From positions 128,001-192,000 of the forward strand of contig CAXXTU010000002.1 of NCBI GenBank assembly GCA_963662655.2: a stretch of 64,000 bases of DNA, in the 5' to 3' direction. This stretch comes from Candidatus Cloacimonadales bacterium (GTDB taxonomy: Bacteria > Cloacimonadota > Cloacimonadia > Cloacimonadales > JAIOQZ01). The notes beneath the pieces are model-generated. The model saw nothing but the letters and a program-made list of their open reading frames with translations. It was not told where the DNA came from and searched no databases. The translations under genes and the position numbers were made by a program. Below are positions 37,844 through 47,585 of the stretch, piece after piece (the stretch's first letter is position 1; the number at the start of each line of letters is the position of its first letter).

Positions 37844-39496
37844 ATGCCTGAAAAGACCAACCTCCTGTGGATGATAACCAGGAAATACGCCGGATTCTAT
37901 CTTTTTTTCTTCTTCATCGTGCTATCGACATCGATTTTATCCTACGCAAGCCCGTACATCACGCGGCGGATCATCGATTTCGCAATTCCCTTCAAGGACT
38001 GGCGTCAAATCGTCCGGTTGATGACGATCCTCGTCTTCTTCGGGTTCGTGCAGAGCGTTCTGGTGCTGATACGCAGCAAGTTCTCCATGTTCTTCAATTG
38101 GAAGATCATATTCACGGTCAAGAGCACGGCGCTGGAGAGGCTGATCCGAACTCCTGCCGGATACCTCAAGAAGAAGGATGTCGGTTACTGGGTTGGAAGA
38201 ATCAACAACGACACGCAGCAACTGGCCGGCTTGCTGGCGGATCAGGCGATTCATGTATTGAAGAGCGTTATCGTGATCATCGTGGGCTGTTTCCTCCTGT
38301 TCCAGATGAATATCGTGATGTCGGGCATCGCGCTCTCGTATCTACTCATCAATTTAATTATCATCTACTATTTCGGCCATCTGGTCAGATTGAGATACTC
38401 TACGCTCCTTGAATATTTCGGCAAGCTCAACGGCTATATGCAGAACGCCATCATCTGGGCTCCGTTCGCCAAGCTGTTCATGAATTACAAGAAGGTTCTC
38501 TCCTACTGGGAGGATGGCATCGTCAAGTTCTTCCGGGCGTTTCGCCCCATCATCAATTTCGGCTCGATCATCAGTTTCTTCTCGGTGTTTTACACGACTT
38601 CCAGTGTGGTTCTCATTCTTACGCTCGGTTCGTGGTACGTTATCCACGACAAGCTCACGATCGGGCAACTGGTAGCGTTCAACGCGTACTTCATGCTGGT
38701 CAGCAATCCCGCGATGGAGATGATCAGCATGATTAACAACATGCAAAAGGGGATTCCAGCGCTACAGCGGATGAACGAACTCATAAACGTTGAGTTGGAG
38801 GAGATCGGCGAACACCCGGGGGAAGTGGATTCCCTGTGCTTCAGCAACCTTTCCTGCTCCTACAATGCGGTGAAGACTGTTGTCGAGCTTGAATCGGCTG
38901 ATTTCCGCAAAGGGCAGATCATCGGGCTGGTTGGCCACTCAGGGTGCGGGAAGTCGTGTTTGCTGATGAACCTGCTCGGGTTGTACGAGCCCATGGGTGG
39001 AAGCGTGGCCATCAACGATTCCAAGACGCTGCAAAGCAACGAAACCTCTGCGCTCCGCCACATCGCTGCCTATGTGGAGCAAGAGCCGATCCTGCTTAAC
39101 GACACCGTCTACGAGAACATCCGCTTCGGCAAGCCGGATGCCTCCAACGAGGAGATCGAAGAGGTCGCCAGGCTTGCCGGTGCGGACCAATTCATCCAGC
39201 AATTGCCAAACCGGTACGAGACGCTTCTCGGGGCAGGCGGAACCGGAGTCTCGATAGGGGAGAAGCAGCGGATCGCCATCGCCAGAGCGCTGATTAAAAA
39301 TCCGCAGTTGCTCATCCTCGACGAGCCTACCTCGAACGTCGATAAGCAAACGGAAGAATGGATACTCGGCTCGATCCGTACCTTCGCGAAGGGGCGGATC
39401 GTCATCATCACATCGCACAATCCCACCTTCCTCGATATCTGCGATGCGGTCTACAAGATCGAAAACGGCAAGGCCGTGAAGACCTCTGCCAGCTAA
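37844..39496 (+). CDS. ABC exporter, fused permease + ATPase
   Basis: Six-TM domain; Walker A GHSGCGKS, signature VSIGEKQR, Walker B ILDEPT, H-loop TSH. Confidence 0.92.
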   Translation: MPEKTNLLWMITRKYAGFYLFFFFIVLSTSILSYASPYITRRIIDFAIPFKDWRQIVRLMTILVFFGFVQSVLVLIRSKFSMFFNWKIIFTVKSTALERLIRTPAGYLKKKDVGYWVGRINNDTQQLAGLLADQAIHVLKSVIVIIVGCFLLFQMNIVMSGIALSYLLINLIIIYYFGHLVRLRYSTLLEYFGKLNGYMQNAIIWAPFAKLFMNYKKVLSYWEDGIVKFFRAFRPIINFGSIISFFSVFYTTSSVVLILTLGSWYVIHDKLTIGQLVAFNAYFMLVSNPAMEMISMINNMQKGIPALQRMNELINVELEEIGEHPGEVDSLCFSNLSCSYNAVKTVVELESADFRKGQIIGLVGHSGCGKSCLLMNLLGLYEPMGGSVAINDSKTLQSNETSALRHIAAYVEQEPILLNDTVYENIRFGKPDASNEEIEEVARLAGADQFIQQLPNRYETLLGAGGTGVSIGEKQRIAIARALIKNPQLLILDEPTSNVDKQTEEWILGSIRTFAKGRIVIITSHNPTFLDICDAVYKIENGKAVKTSAS

Positions 39497-39567
39497 TATT
39501 GTACGATCTCACGCAGCAGGTGCGATCGGGCGAAGATGCGCGTGTAGCCACGAATAGGTCCGATACA

Positions 39568-39616
39568 CAAAAAAAAGCCCCTCTCCTCAATCGAGGAGAG
39601 GGGCTTGGGGTGGGGT
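39568..39616 (-). terminator. Terminator of the tldE-tldD operon, built on a CCCCTCTCC/GGAGAGGGG palindrome
   Basis: Minus strand AAGCCCCTCTCCTC-GATT-GAGGAGAGGGGCTT plus a T run. Confidence 0.75.
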
Positions 39617-39619
39617 TCC

Positions 39620-41059
39620 CTAAGCCTTTATTCCAACCAGTACATTCTTGAACCGTGCCGGAGCAACGCCGTGCGAAAGGTGCATGGCTTGTCCGGGTTC
39701 GCCCTTGCCGCAGTTGAAGGTGCCGTGGTAACGCCATTCCTCTTCACCGCAAACGCGGTCGCAAGAAGCCCAGAATTTCGGTGTGATTCCGTAATAGGTA
39801 GGCTCCTTCACGATCTCTTTGATCTCGCCGTTCTCGATCCGCCAACCGATCTCGGTCGTGAACTGGAAGTTGTAGCGGTTGTCGTCGATGGACCATGTCT
39901 TGGTGTAATCGATGTAATAACCCTTCTCCGTATCTTTGATCAACTCGTCGAGCGATCCCTTCCCGGGCGCCAGGCAGAAGTTGGTCATACGGATGAGCGG
40001 GAAGTCGTTAGCCGACGTAGCCATCATATTCGAGCTCGGTTCGAGTCCAAGCTTCGGCGCAAGCTCGCGGGAAGTCTGCTGATCCATCAGGATACCGTTC
40101 TTCACGATGTCCACCTTGCGCCCCGGAATACCGTCGTCGTCAACCAGATGGTAACCGATACCGCGTGGATCGGTGCTGTCGCTGTAGATATTGACCGCGT
40201 CCGAACCGTAGCGGAAGTTGCCCAGCATTTCCGGCTTGATGAACGTCTTGCCTGCGTAGGATATCTCCATGCCGAAGATACGATCGGCTTCGGTGGCGTG
40301 TCCCACAGATTCATGGAGCTGGAGCGCCAAGTGACCGCCACCGATGATGATGTCGGTAAGTTTCTCTTCCACTGTCGGAGCGGTCAGGAGAGCGATGGCC
40401 TCTTCCATGATCACTTCCGCGTTCTTCTCGAGGTCGCATTCCCTGAGGATTTCGAAACCGCCCCGCCGCGCGGTCATGTGACCCGGGTACGTACGGGAAT
40501 ACACGCCGGCTCCGTCCGATGCCAGAACCATGATCTCCGGCAGGATGTCGTAAACCAGCGAGTCGGAGAAAGTACCTTCCGAGTTTGCATAGATTTTATA
40601 CTGACGGTAGAAGGATACTCGAGCGTGGGAGTAAACGATCTTGGGATTATCCGTCATCTTCATGGCGATGTTTTCCATGTATGCGATTTTATCTTCATCC
40701 GGCATGAGGAACGGGTCTTCCTTCGGTTTGAAGATATAGCTTCCAATAAACGGTTTGATCGCAGGGAAAGCGACCTTTTCCTTGCGGAAACGGCTGCCGT
40801 GCTTCGCATTATGGATCGCGAGGTCGATCATGCGATCGATTGCGCCACGGCTCAGCTCGGTGGTACCGGCAAATCCCCAGCTTCCATCGATGAGGACGCG
40901 AACGCCAAGCGCAACCGAATCCGTCTCGGATGAGAAATGCTTCAGCTCGCCCTTGCGGAAATAGATGGTTTGCCCGTCTGTTACGGTCAGGCGCACATCG
41001 GCAAAGGTTATCGACGGGATATTCAGACGATTGATGATATCATTTACGATCTTTTTCAT
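39620..41059 (-). CDS. tldD: TldD-family metalloprotease subunit
   Basis: LGVRVLIDGSWGFA, HESVGH (HExxxH), DDDG, IRMTN, CGKGEP. Confidence 0.92.
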   Translation of the reverse strand: MKKIVNDIINRLNIPSITFADVRLTVTDGQTIYFRKGELKHFSSETDSVALGVRVLIDGSWGFAGTTELSRGAIDRMIDLAIHNAKHGSRFRKEKVAFPAIKPFIGSYIFKPKEDPFLMPDEDKIAYMENIAMKMTDNPKIVYSHARVSFYRQYKIYANSEGTFSDSLVYDILPEIMVLASDGAGVYSRTYPGHMTARRGGFEILRECDLEKNAEVIMEEAIALLTAPTVEEKLTDIIIGGGHLALQLHESVGHATEADRIFGMEISYAGKTFIKPEMLGNFRYGSDAVNIYSDSTDPRGIGYHLVDDDGIPGRKVDIVKNGILMDQQTSRELAPKLGLEPSSNMMATSANDFPLIRMTNFCLAPGKGSLDELIKDTEKGYYIDYTKTWSIDDNRYNFQFTTEIGWRIENGEIKEIVKEPTYYGITPKFWASCDRVCGEEEWRYHGTFNCGKGEPGQAMHLSHGVAPARFKNVLVGIKA

Positions 41060-41068
41060 GGTAGCTCC

Positions 41069-42406
41069 TTATATCGTTTCCGTCGAAGAACTGATTTTGA
41101 ATCCATTTACGCGCACATGCGGCATGCTGAGCGTTTCGATGCTGAAATCCCCATAGTTGCCGGAGAACGGCACAACGGTGTTTACTTCTTCAATTCCGGT
41201 AATTCGCTGAACGATTTCGGCGATACGCTGCGTATAGCGAAGATTGTTCACCACGCGGGTAATCTTCCCGTCTTCGATGAGGAAGGTTCCGTCGCGGGTC
41301 AGGCCGGTAACGGACGTTTCCTTCGGATTGATGAAGTTCATGTAGTGCAGGCTGGATATATACAGTCCGCGCTTGATGGGTTTGATCAACTCCGCCAGAG
41401 TATTGTCACCGGGTTCCAGCACAATGCAGGATCCGCCGGCGCCGTTCTTCTCCATCTCGAGCTTGCGTCCGTAATAGTTATCGACAAAGAAGTTCTTGAA
41501 CACGCCTTTCTCGATCAACGTGACCGGATTGTAGATGTGCCCGTCGTGATTGTAGCCGTAACGGATGATGCCCGGCCAGGTTGGATCGTCGCGAAGCGTG
41601 ATGGATTCCGGGAATAGCTGTTCGCCGACTTTTCCCTCGAAGAACGAGCGTTTCATGTCGAGCGCTCCTGCGGACATGCCGAAGGACAGGTAGGAGATCA
41701 ATTCGCCGATTACGCGCGGGGCCATGACGACTTCGTATTCGCCCGGATCCACGTCGACAATCTCGTTTCCCGCCGCCTGAACCTTCATCACCATTTCTTT
41801 GATGAACTTGTCCTGATCGAACAGCGAGAAGTCCTCTCCGCCAAACGACTGAAGGACAGTCACTTCGTTCTTGTCGGAAACGGCCTTCAGTTCCAGCATG
41901 ATAGGGCTGAGGATCGAGTGTTTGTCCAGCCCGTTGCTGTTGATGATGAACATCTCTTCGTAGTTGCAGATGAAGGTACCGTATATACGGAATCCGTACG
42001 GCTCTACCGCTTGTGAAATCGCTTCGAGGATATCGATTTTTCTATCCAGCGGAAGCGTTTCGATATTGCTGGGCTTATCCGTTTCTGCGACCTTGTCCAG
42101 GTTGTCTTCGATGTCCTTGAAGTCGTGATCCGGCGGAAGCTTGTCGATGATCTGGATTGCGTCATCGATGTTCTGTCTGATCTTGCGAAGGTCTGGATCG
42201 GCGATGCTGACCGTGTACGATTTTTGACCTTTGTGGATCACGCATGCCAGGTTGCTGATTTGGTTGGAAATGTTGTAGTTGATCTGGCTTCTGAAAAAGC
42301 GCAGAAAATCGGTCTGCCAGATTCGGTATTCGAAATCGAATTTCAAATCCGGGTAGTCTTGAATCGTCTTCAGGAGGTTGTCCCTGATCAGTTCTTTCAT
42401 AGTCAC
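41069..42406 (-). CDS. tldE: TldE/PmbA-family subunit
   Basis: Adjacent to tldD; PGEYEVVMAP, TLRDDP, TGLTRDGTFLIEDG; no HExxxH. Confidence 0.85.
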   Translation of the reverse strand: MTMKELIRDNLLKTIQDYPDLKFDFEYRIWQTDFLRFFRSQINYNISNQISNLACVIHKGQKSYTVSIADPDLRKIRQNIDDAIQIIDKLPPDHDFKDIEDNLDKVAETDKPSNIETLPLDRKIDILEAISQAVEPYGFRIYGTFICNYEEMFIINSNGLDKHSILSPIMLELKAVSDKNEVTVLQSFGGEDFSLFDQDKFIKEMVMKVQAAGNEIVDVDPGEYEVVMAPRVIGELISYLSFGMSAGALDMKRSFFEGKVGEQLFPESITLRDDPTWPGIIRYGYNHDGHIYNPVTLIEKGVFKNFFVDNYYGRKLEMEKNGAGGSCIVLEPGDNTLAELIKPIKRGLYISSLHYMNFINPKETSVTGLTRDGTFLIEDGKITRVVNNLRYTQRIAEIVQRITGIEEVNTVVPFSGNYGDFSIETLSMPHVRVNGFKISSSTETI

Positions 42407-42422
42407 CTCATCCTTTATTTGA

Positions 42423-45400
42423 TTATCTGATTAATAACATTTTCTTGATTACACTTTTGTTTCCCGTGATGACCCGGGCGAAATACACACCAGAGCGAAC
42501 AGTCTTTCCGCTATAGTCCTTGCCGTCCCAAACGATGCTGCGCGACCCCTGGATTTTCTCTGAGGATACCAACTGCCGCACCTTTTGGCCTTTAATGTTG
42601 TACAGCGCGATTTCGACCTCGACCGGCTCCGGCAGGTTCAGGCGGATTCCGCCGTTGCGAAGTCCAGGTGTGAACGGATTTGCCAGAAGGCTCACCGAGT
42701 GGCTCGATACTGGTTCCGGTTGATCTTCGATCGACTGGTAGGTGTAGTACATGGTTACCGGAATGATTACCGAATATCCATACGCCGAATTGCTCTGAAT
42801 CTCGATGAAAGACTCGTACAGACCATCCTGAAAATCCTCCGGCGCGAAGGTCAATTCGACATCCATTTGATCGTGGGCGGGGATTTCCGAAGAAATCGGG
42901 TTGCAGCCCATCCATGAAAGCATGGGCGATCCGGCGATATCGAATGAGACGTCGCCGCTGACAGAACCTGTTTCACCGGTCACGACATCCATTGTGCCGG
43001 TGGTGTTGTCTAGCGGGAAATACGCGATCAGGTTCGGCTGAGCGTCTGGATTGATATGAAAACTCATTTCCATGATTTGAGTGTCCAATAGAGCTTCCGA
43101 GAAGAAAGCCAGGCCGTCCAGAAATCCGTTGAACTCGTATGCGCCTCCAATTGTACTGCCGACGTAGAACGTCTCATCGTTGTACCGAACAGGGGGTTCG
43201 AAGTCGTCTTCGGCAACCATGATGCCGTTGATGAACGATCTCATCCCGTCTTCCGACACGGTAACCGCGAAATGATACCATTGGTCCGGCTCAAGGGAAT
43301 AAGCAAGGTTACGGTTGAAGTTGCTTCCGTCTTGATTCAGAACGGAGTAGTTGATCGCGTTCATATTGGGAATGGCGAGCTGGAAGCATCTCGAAACGAA
43401 GCTGTCGCCCTTGAACAGGAGATAACCCGGTGTGCAACCTTCGGGGATGCGGAACCAGGTCATGAAGGTCATTTCATTCAGGTTGTTGAACGCGTCCGAG
43501 GTTGGAAGTGTCACGTATGAATCCGGGTTCGTAAGGTCCGCAGCCTGATTGCTGTAGTTCACGATATCGAATTCCAGCGCTTCTCCGCCTACGTTTTCAA
43601 GCGTCAGGGGAATCTGCATCTGATCCGGTTCATCGATCTGCGTATATACGGAATCAACTTCCGTGATCATTTTGGGAAGACGTACCACCGGTATCGCGTA
43701 TCCTTCGCTGTATTCGCCTGCTTCATTGACGATCGACACGCCGATCACGACTTCCTGCATGTTCTCGCACTGCGCTGAAAGCGTTCCTGTCAGCTCGTGC
43801 GAACCGGTTTGCCCAGCTTCTATGCCCGAGACGTTGAACGACTCCTCGCTGAGCTCGATAAAGTTATCCGGCGAGAGGCTGACGGTAACCGGGTCGCTTT
43901 GAACGGTTCCGGCATTGCGGAAATGGATCGTGATACCGATTTCCTCACCCGCGTCACACTCACCGTCCTGGTTCCCGTTGGCGTCGGCAACGGAAAGGCT
44001 ATCGACCAGAATGAATCCGGACGAGGGCGGGACGATATCGATTTCGCTTCGATAGACGAGGAAGTCCCGTTTATCGACGGTCAGAACGGCGATGCCGGGG
44101 ATTTCGAGCGGAACATCGAGAACGAGGTTGAATGTGTTTGATTCAACCTCAGTTCTGGCAAGGATTTCTCCGTTGAACGAGAGTGTCGCGATCGCACCTG
44201 TTTCGGATACGGTTATCGGGAACTGTGTGGTAGACAGTTCGAGACTTGCGGGATGCTCAACGGTGATTTCCGTTGGCTGCCGACGCCATATCCTCAGAGT
44301 TGGATCACCGAAGTTATGGAAGATTGCGAAAGTGTATTCGGAATAGAGTCCCTGATCCCAATGATCTTCCATTGCGATCAGCCCGGAGAGCATCGCGATG
44401 CTTGAATGTCCGCCGGATTCCATGTTGGAATAATCCGGCATGAAATTTTCCCACATCGAATCGAAGTAGCCGCGCACGAACATGTCGTTGTAACCGCTCA
44501 GGGATGTCCGGCTCGCGCCGAACGCGCCCACGGCGCCGCCATCCTCGTGGCGGATGAACTCCTCGCAGAACGATTCGAAGCATTTATTCTGATCCTGATC
44601 CGTTTCTCCGTCAAACCAGCCTGTCTGGCAATTGATGCTGAAGACGAAGGGAAGCAGGTCTCCGTTGGAAAGCGATTCGATATCATCGGTGTCGTAGTGT
44701 GGGTCGCCCCAGCCATCGAAGGAGGGATCGCTGCCGTCATCGTAGGTGTAATTTCTGGAAATGCCGTGATCCCTGTGATTGAGGATGAAGGTTCCGGACT
44801 GGATAGCGGCGCTGATATCGCCGTCTTCGCCATCCCAGCCGAAGCCGTTTTCGCGGAGCAGCTCATTGGGGATCGGTTCGCCGTTCGCGTAGCTTCCGCT
44901 GTTGTAGTTGGTGGGATTTCTATCATCGGGCGTGTAATAAATGCGCTCGACATCGTAACCTTCGTCGAGTAGCCAGTCGCGGATTTCTTCCGACGTTTTG
45001 ACAAAGCGGCGGTCTTCGTAACCGTCCATGTAGTTGTAATCGTCGGCATTGTCCTGGAAGTAACCGGCCACGGTCGCGTGCTGGTAGAACGAGGTCTGTT
45101 CAGGCGGATTCGATTCGTAATGGATGATCTTCTGGACAACAAGCATCGCTTGATTGTCGTCATCGACCGAGATTCTTCCGGAGGCTATATCGGGATAGTA
45201 ATCCCAGTATCCGTCCATGCAGAGGTAGGGTAGATCGGTTCCGACCGAGCCGGAGCTGATCGCGCTCGCCAGGTAGTCGCAGGGGACGATATCGGAATCG
45301 CCCAGGAAGATCACGAATGACGGCGGGATATCCCAGTCTTCATAAGCTTGATCGAGGTAGTCCGAGATGTCGTCCGCGTCGTTGCCGATCGTTTCAACGT

Positions 45401-46193
45401 ACGCTATTTCGGTGATGAAACCTGTTTCCTGTTTCCATTCCTGCAAGGCCTCGGCTGCATTCTGCATCTCTTCCGATGTGATGATGACCAGGTCGGCTCC
45501 TATGTCGCGGAGATTCCGTGATGGATTCGCCGGTGTCAGTTGCTCTTTATTGAGTATTCGCTGACGATAGAGGGAATCGAACCAGCGGCTGTGAAGCCTT
45601 TCATCATACAGGCTTCCTGCGGAATATGTTATCGTGATATCGCAAGATTCGATAATCGTAAGTTCATGAGTTGATGCATCCCACGAGACGGGGGCGAAGC
45701 GTACCAAAGCCAGCTCGACGCCGCGGACAATCCCGCGATCCTGTTCCAGGATAGGCTTCTCCGGGTAGCGGCTACCCCGCTGATAATAATCTGCGTTGTA
45801 TGAGAATGGCGGTGTTTTTGCACCGACTTCATCCAGTGCCGGCGGCTGTGCCGGGAACGGGAAAATGTCGCTGATCGTCGTTCGCTTCACGTTTGACATC
45901 GAGATCGATACCGAAGCGTTCCGGGGCACTGCGATCCTCTTCCCGAACTGGGGCAACGCAGGGTAGCCGGTTTGCGTCAGGTTGTTCCAGTCTCCGATGG
46001 AGAGCGTATTGAACTGCGTTCCGTTCACGGATGTTTTCCCGATATTGATTTCATTGATTTCAAGCCGTAAATCCAGTCTCCCCGGGGAGTCGGAGATTAC
46101 GGTGAGTCCCGTTTGCTCTGGCTGTAAATTAATGGTTTGTGCGCACAACATCGTTACGACCATTAATGCGAGTAAGAATCCTGCTCTTTTCAT
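42423..46193 (-). CDS. Secreted C25 (gingipain-like) cysteine peptidase with LamG-like domain and FlgD-Ig/T9SS-like CTD
   Basis: Propeptide (GYPALP), FLGD, SGRIS, NHRDHG...INCQTG dyad, FGDP; LamG-like WYHFAVT...FING; CTD YNIKGQKVR...SGVYF...KKMLLIR. Start set at MKRAG. Confidence 0.88.
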   Translation of the reverse strand: MKRAGFLLALMVVTMLCAQTINLQPEQTGLTVISDSPGRLDLRLEINEINIGKTSVNGTQFNTLSIGDWNNLTQTGYPALPQFGKRIAVPRNASVSISMSNVKRTTISDIFPFPAQPPALDEVGAKTPPFSYNADYYQRGSRYPEKPILEQDRGIVRGVELALVRFAPVSWDASTHELTIIESCDITITYSAGSLYDERLHSRWFDSLYRQRILNKEQLTPANPSRNLRDIGADLVIITSEEMQNAAEALQEWKQETGFITEIAYVETIGNDADDISDYLDQAYEDWDIPPSFVIFLGDSDIVPCDYLASAISSGSVGTDLPYLCMDGYWDYYPDIASGRISVDDDNQAMLVVQKIIHYESNPPEQTSFYQHATVAGYFQDNADDYNYMDGYEDRRFVKTSEEIRDWLLDEGYDVERIYYTPDDRNPTNYNSGSYANGEPIPNELLRENGFGWDGEDGDISAAIQSGTFILNHRDHGISRNYTYDDGSDPSFDGWGDPHYDTDDIESLSNGDLLPFVFSINCQTGWFDGETDQDQNKCFESFCEEFIRHEDGGAVGAFGASRTSLSGYNDMFVRGYFDSMWENFMPDYSNMESGGHSSIAMLSGLIAMEDHWDQGLYSEYTFAIFHNFGDPTLRIWRRQPTEITVEHPASLELSTTQFPITVSETGAIATLSFNGEILARTEVESNTFNLVLDVPLEIPGIAVLTVDKRDFLVYRSEIDIVPPSSGFILVDSLSVADANGNQDGECDAGEEIGITIHFRNAGTVQSDPVTVSLSPDNFIELSEESFNVSGIEAGQTGSHELTGTLSAQCENMQEVVIGVSIVNEAGEYSEGYAIPVVRLPKMITEVDSVYTQIDEPDQMQIPLTLENVGGEALEFDIVNYSNQAADLTNPDSYVTLPTSDAFNNLNEMTFMTWFRIPEGCTPGYLLFKGDSFVSRCFQLAIPNMNAINYSVLNQDGSNFNRNLAYSLEPDQWYHFAVTVSEDGMRSFINGIMVAEDDFEPPVRYNDETFYVGSTIGGAYEFNGFLDGLAFFSEALLDTQIMEMSFHINPDAQPNLIAYFPLDNTTGTMDVVTGETGSVSGDVSFDIAGSPMLSWMGCNPISSEIPAHDQMDVELTFAPEDFQDGLYESFIEIQSNSAYGYSVIIPVTMYYTYQSIEDQPEPVSSHSVSLLANPFTPGLRNGGIRLNLPEPVEVEIALYNIKGQKVRQLVSSEKIQGSRSIVWDGKDYSGKTVRSGVYFARVITGNKSVIKKMLLIR

Positions 46194-46418
46194 TTCTTTC
46201 CTCGTACGTTCAATTGATTTGATTGTCATTATACATACCGATATCTAAATTTGCAAGAAGTATTCCGATTCGGGTTGAATTTTCCTGATTTCGCTGATAA
46301 CAACACGTATCTCGTGAAAGAGAAGTGAAAAGAGATTTCTCTGCGTGATACGCGATGTTCGATAACGGGCAAAATGGCGCGGTGAAGAGACAGAGAAATG
46401 GAGATCGTGCACAGCTCA

Positions 46419-46573
46419 GCGCGGGGGGCGGCGGGTGTGCTTCGCACACAATTCTCTCATGATGTCGGGCATCGTCCGACATCATGAGAGAATCCGGAAG
46501 CCCGTTGTTTTCCCGCACGTATTCCTGATGAATATGTGCGCGATTTTCCGGGCTTCCGCCGCCGCCCCCGCGC
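46419..46573 (-). repeat. Cloverleaf palindromic element, copy B (inverted relative to A and C)
   Basis: Closing stem GCGCGGGGGGCGGCGG/CCGCCGCCCCCGCGC; GTGTGC-TTC-GCACAC; 18-bp central stem; CGGAAGCCCG/CGGGCTTCCG arm with an internal extension. Confidence 0.85.
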
Positions 46574-46710
46574 GTGAGGGCCCCGCCATTCGACGAATGT
46601 ACCACCTCCAGTTAGTCGCTTCGGACAGGGGGAATGAGAAATTCAACTTGACGCGTATCTTGAAGCGTGAATTATCTTTCACGAACAAACACAGAAAAGA
46701 AAGGTCTGAG

Positions 46711-47439
46711 ATGCAGAAGAGATTGAAGTTGTTCCTTATACGTAAGTTCAAGGGTATTATTTACCGCGTAGAGATACACCGGTTTGTCGGACTTCTCGAG
46801 AAACCGCTTCTAACCATGTCATACTTGATAAAGGCATCGCGCTGGATCGCTGCAAACAAGGATGTTCCGCTCAACGATTTCTATACTCCTGTGAGGGATT
46901 ACAATAAACGCTACAGAGCTTACAAGTATCTGTTCGAAATGGAAAAACTCGATCTCCCTGTCGATTACCTTGAGTTTGGCGTGTTTGGCGGAAAGTCATT
47001 TCAGTGGTGGGCGAGCGCCAACAAGCATCCCGAATCGAGATTCGTTGGCTTCGATACCTTCTCCGGGCTTCCGGAAGACTGGGACATGTTCAAGAAGGGG
47101 GATATGTCCGTCGACGGGAATGTCCCGCAGATGGATGATGCGAGATGCAGCTTCGAAGCTGGGCTCTTTCAAGATACCCTGCCCGGATTTCTGTATAAGT
47201 TCGAACGAAGAAGCAGACTTGTGATCCACATGGATGCCGACCTCTATTCATCGACCCTGTACGTGCTTACCTCTCTGGCTCCAATCTTGAGAAAGGGCGA
47301 TATCATCCTGTTTGACGAATTCAACATTCCACTGCACGAGTTCAGGGCCTTTACGGATTTCGTCGAGTCGTACTACATAAAGACGAAGTTATTGACGGCT
47401 GTCAACAACTACTACCAGGTCAGCATGAAGATCATGTAG
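46711..47439 (+). CDS. TylF/MycF/NovP-like class I SAM O-methyltransferase
   Basis: YLEFGV, GFDTFSGLPE, GLFQDTLP, HMDADLYSST, ILFDE. Start set at ATG 46711, downstream of TTGACG at 46648. Confidence 0.85.
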   Translation: MQKRLKLFLIRKFKGIIYRVEIHRFVGLLEKPLLTMSYLIKASRWIAANKDVPLNDFYTPVRDYNKRYRAYKYLFEMEKLDLPVDYLEFGVFGGKSFQWWASANKHPESRFVGFDTFSGLPEDWDMFKKGDMSVDGNVPQMDDARCSFEAGLFQDTLPGFLYKFERRSRLVIHMDADLYSSTLYVLTSLAPILRKGDIILFDEFNIPLHEFRAFTDFVESYYIKTKLLTAVNNYYQVSMKIM

Positions 47440-47585
47440 TGAATCGTTGTGGATAAACTGAGCCTGAAGGAACAACCCGTAAATCATGGATTCCCTGCAA
47501 GTAAAAAAAGAGCGCTTGCTCACAAATCGGAATGCTTTTTGCACTTTGTGATAACAAATAAAAAAATACTTCCCGGAGGATTTGT

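Noticed and set aside
39605..40933. Long antisense ORFs (e.g. 3218-4378, 19138-20520, 39605-40933)
   Set aside because: They overlap well-supported genes on the opposite strand and show no recognisable motifs, as expected from GC-rich codon bias.
46435..46710. 92-aa N-terminal extension of the methyltransferase given in the ORF track
   Set aside because: It runs through the cloverleaf repeat and a probable promoter (TTGACG at 46648). It has no RBS, and ATG 46711 is the better start.
47448..47456. Perfect DnaA box (TGTGGATAA)
   Set aside because: A single isolated box with no cluster, unwinding element or dnaA/dnaN context, so not called as oriC.
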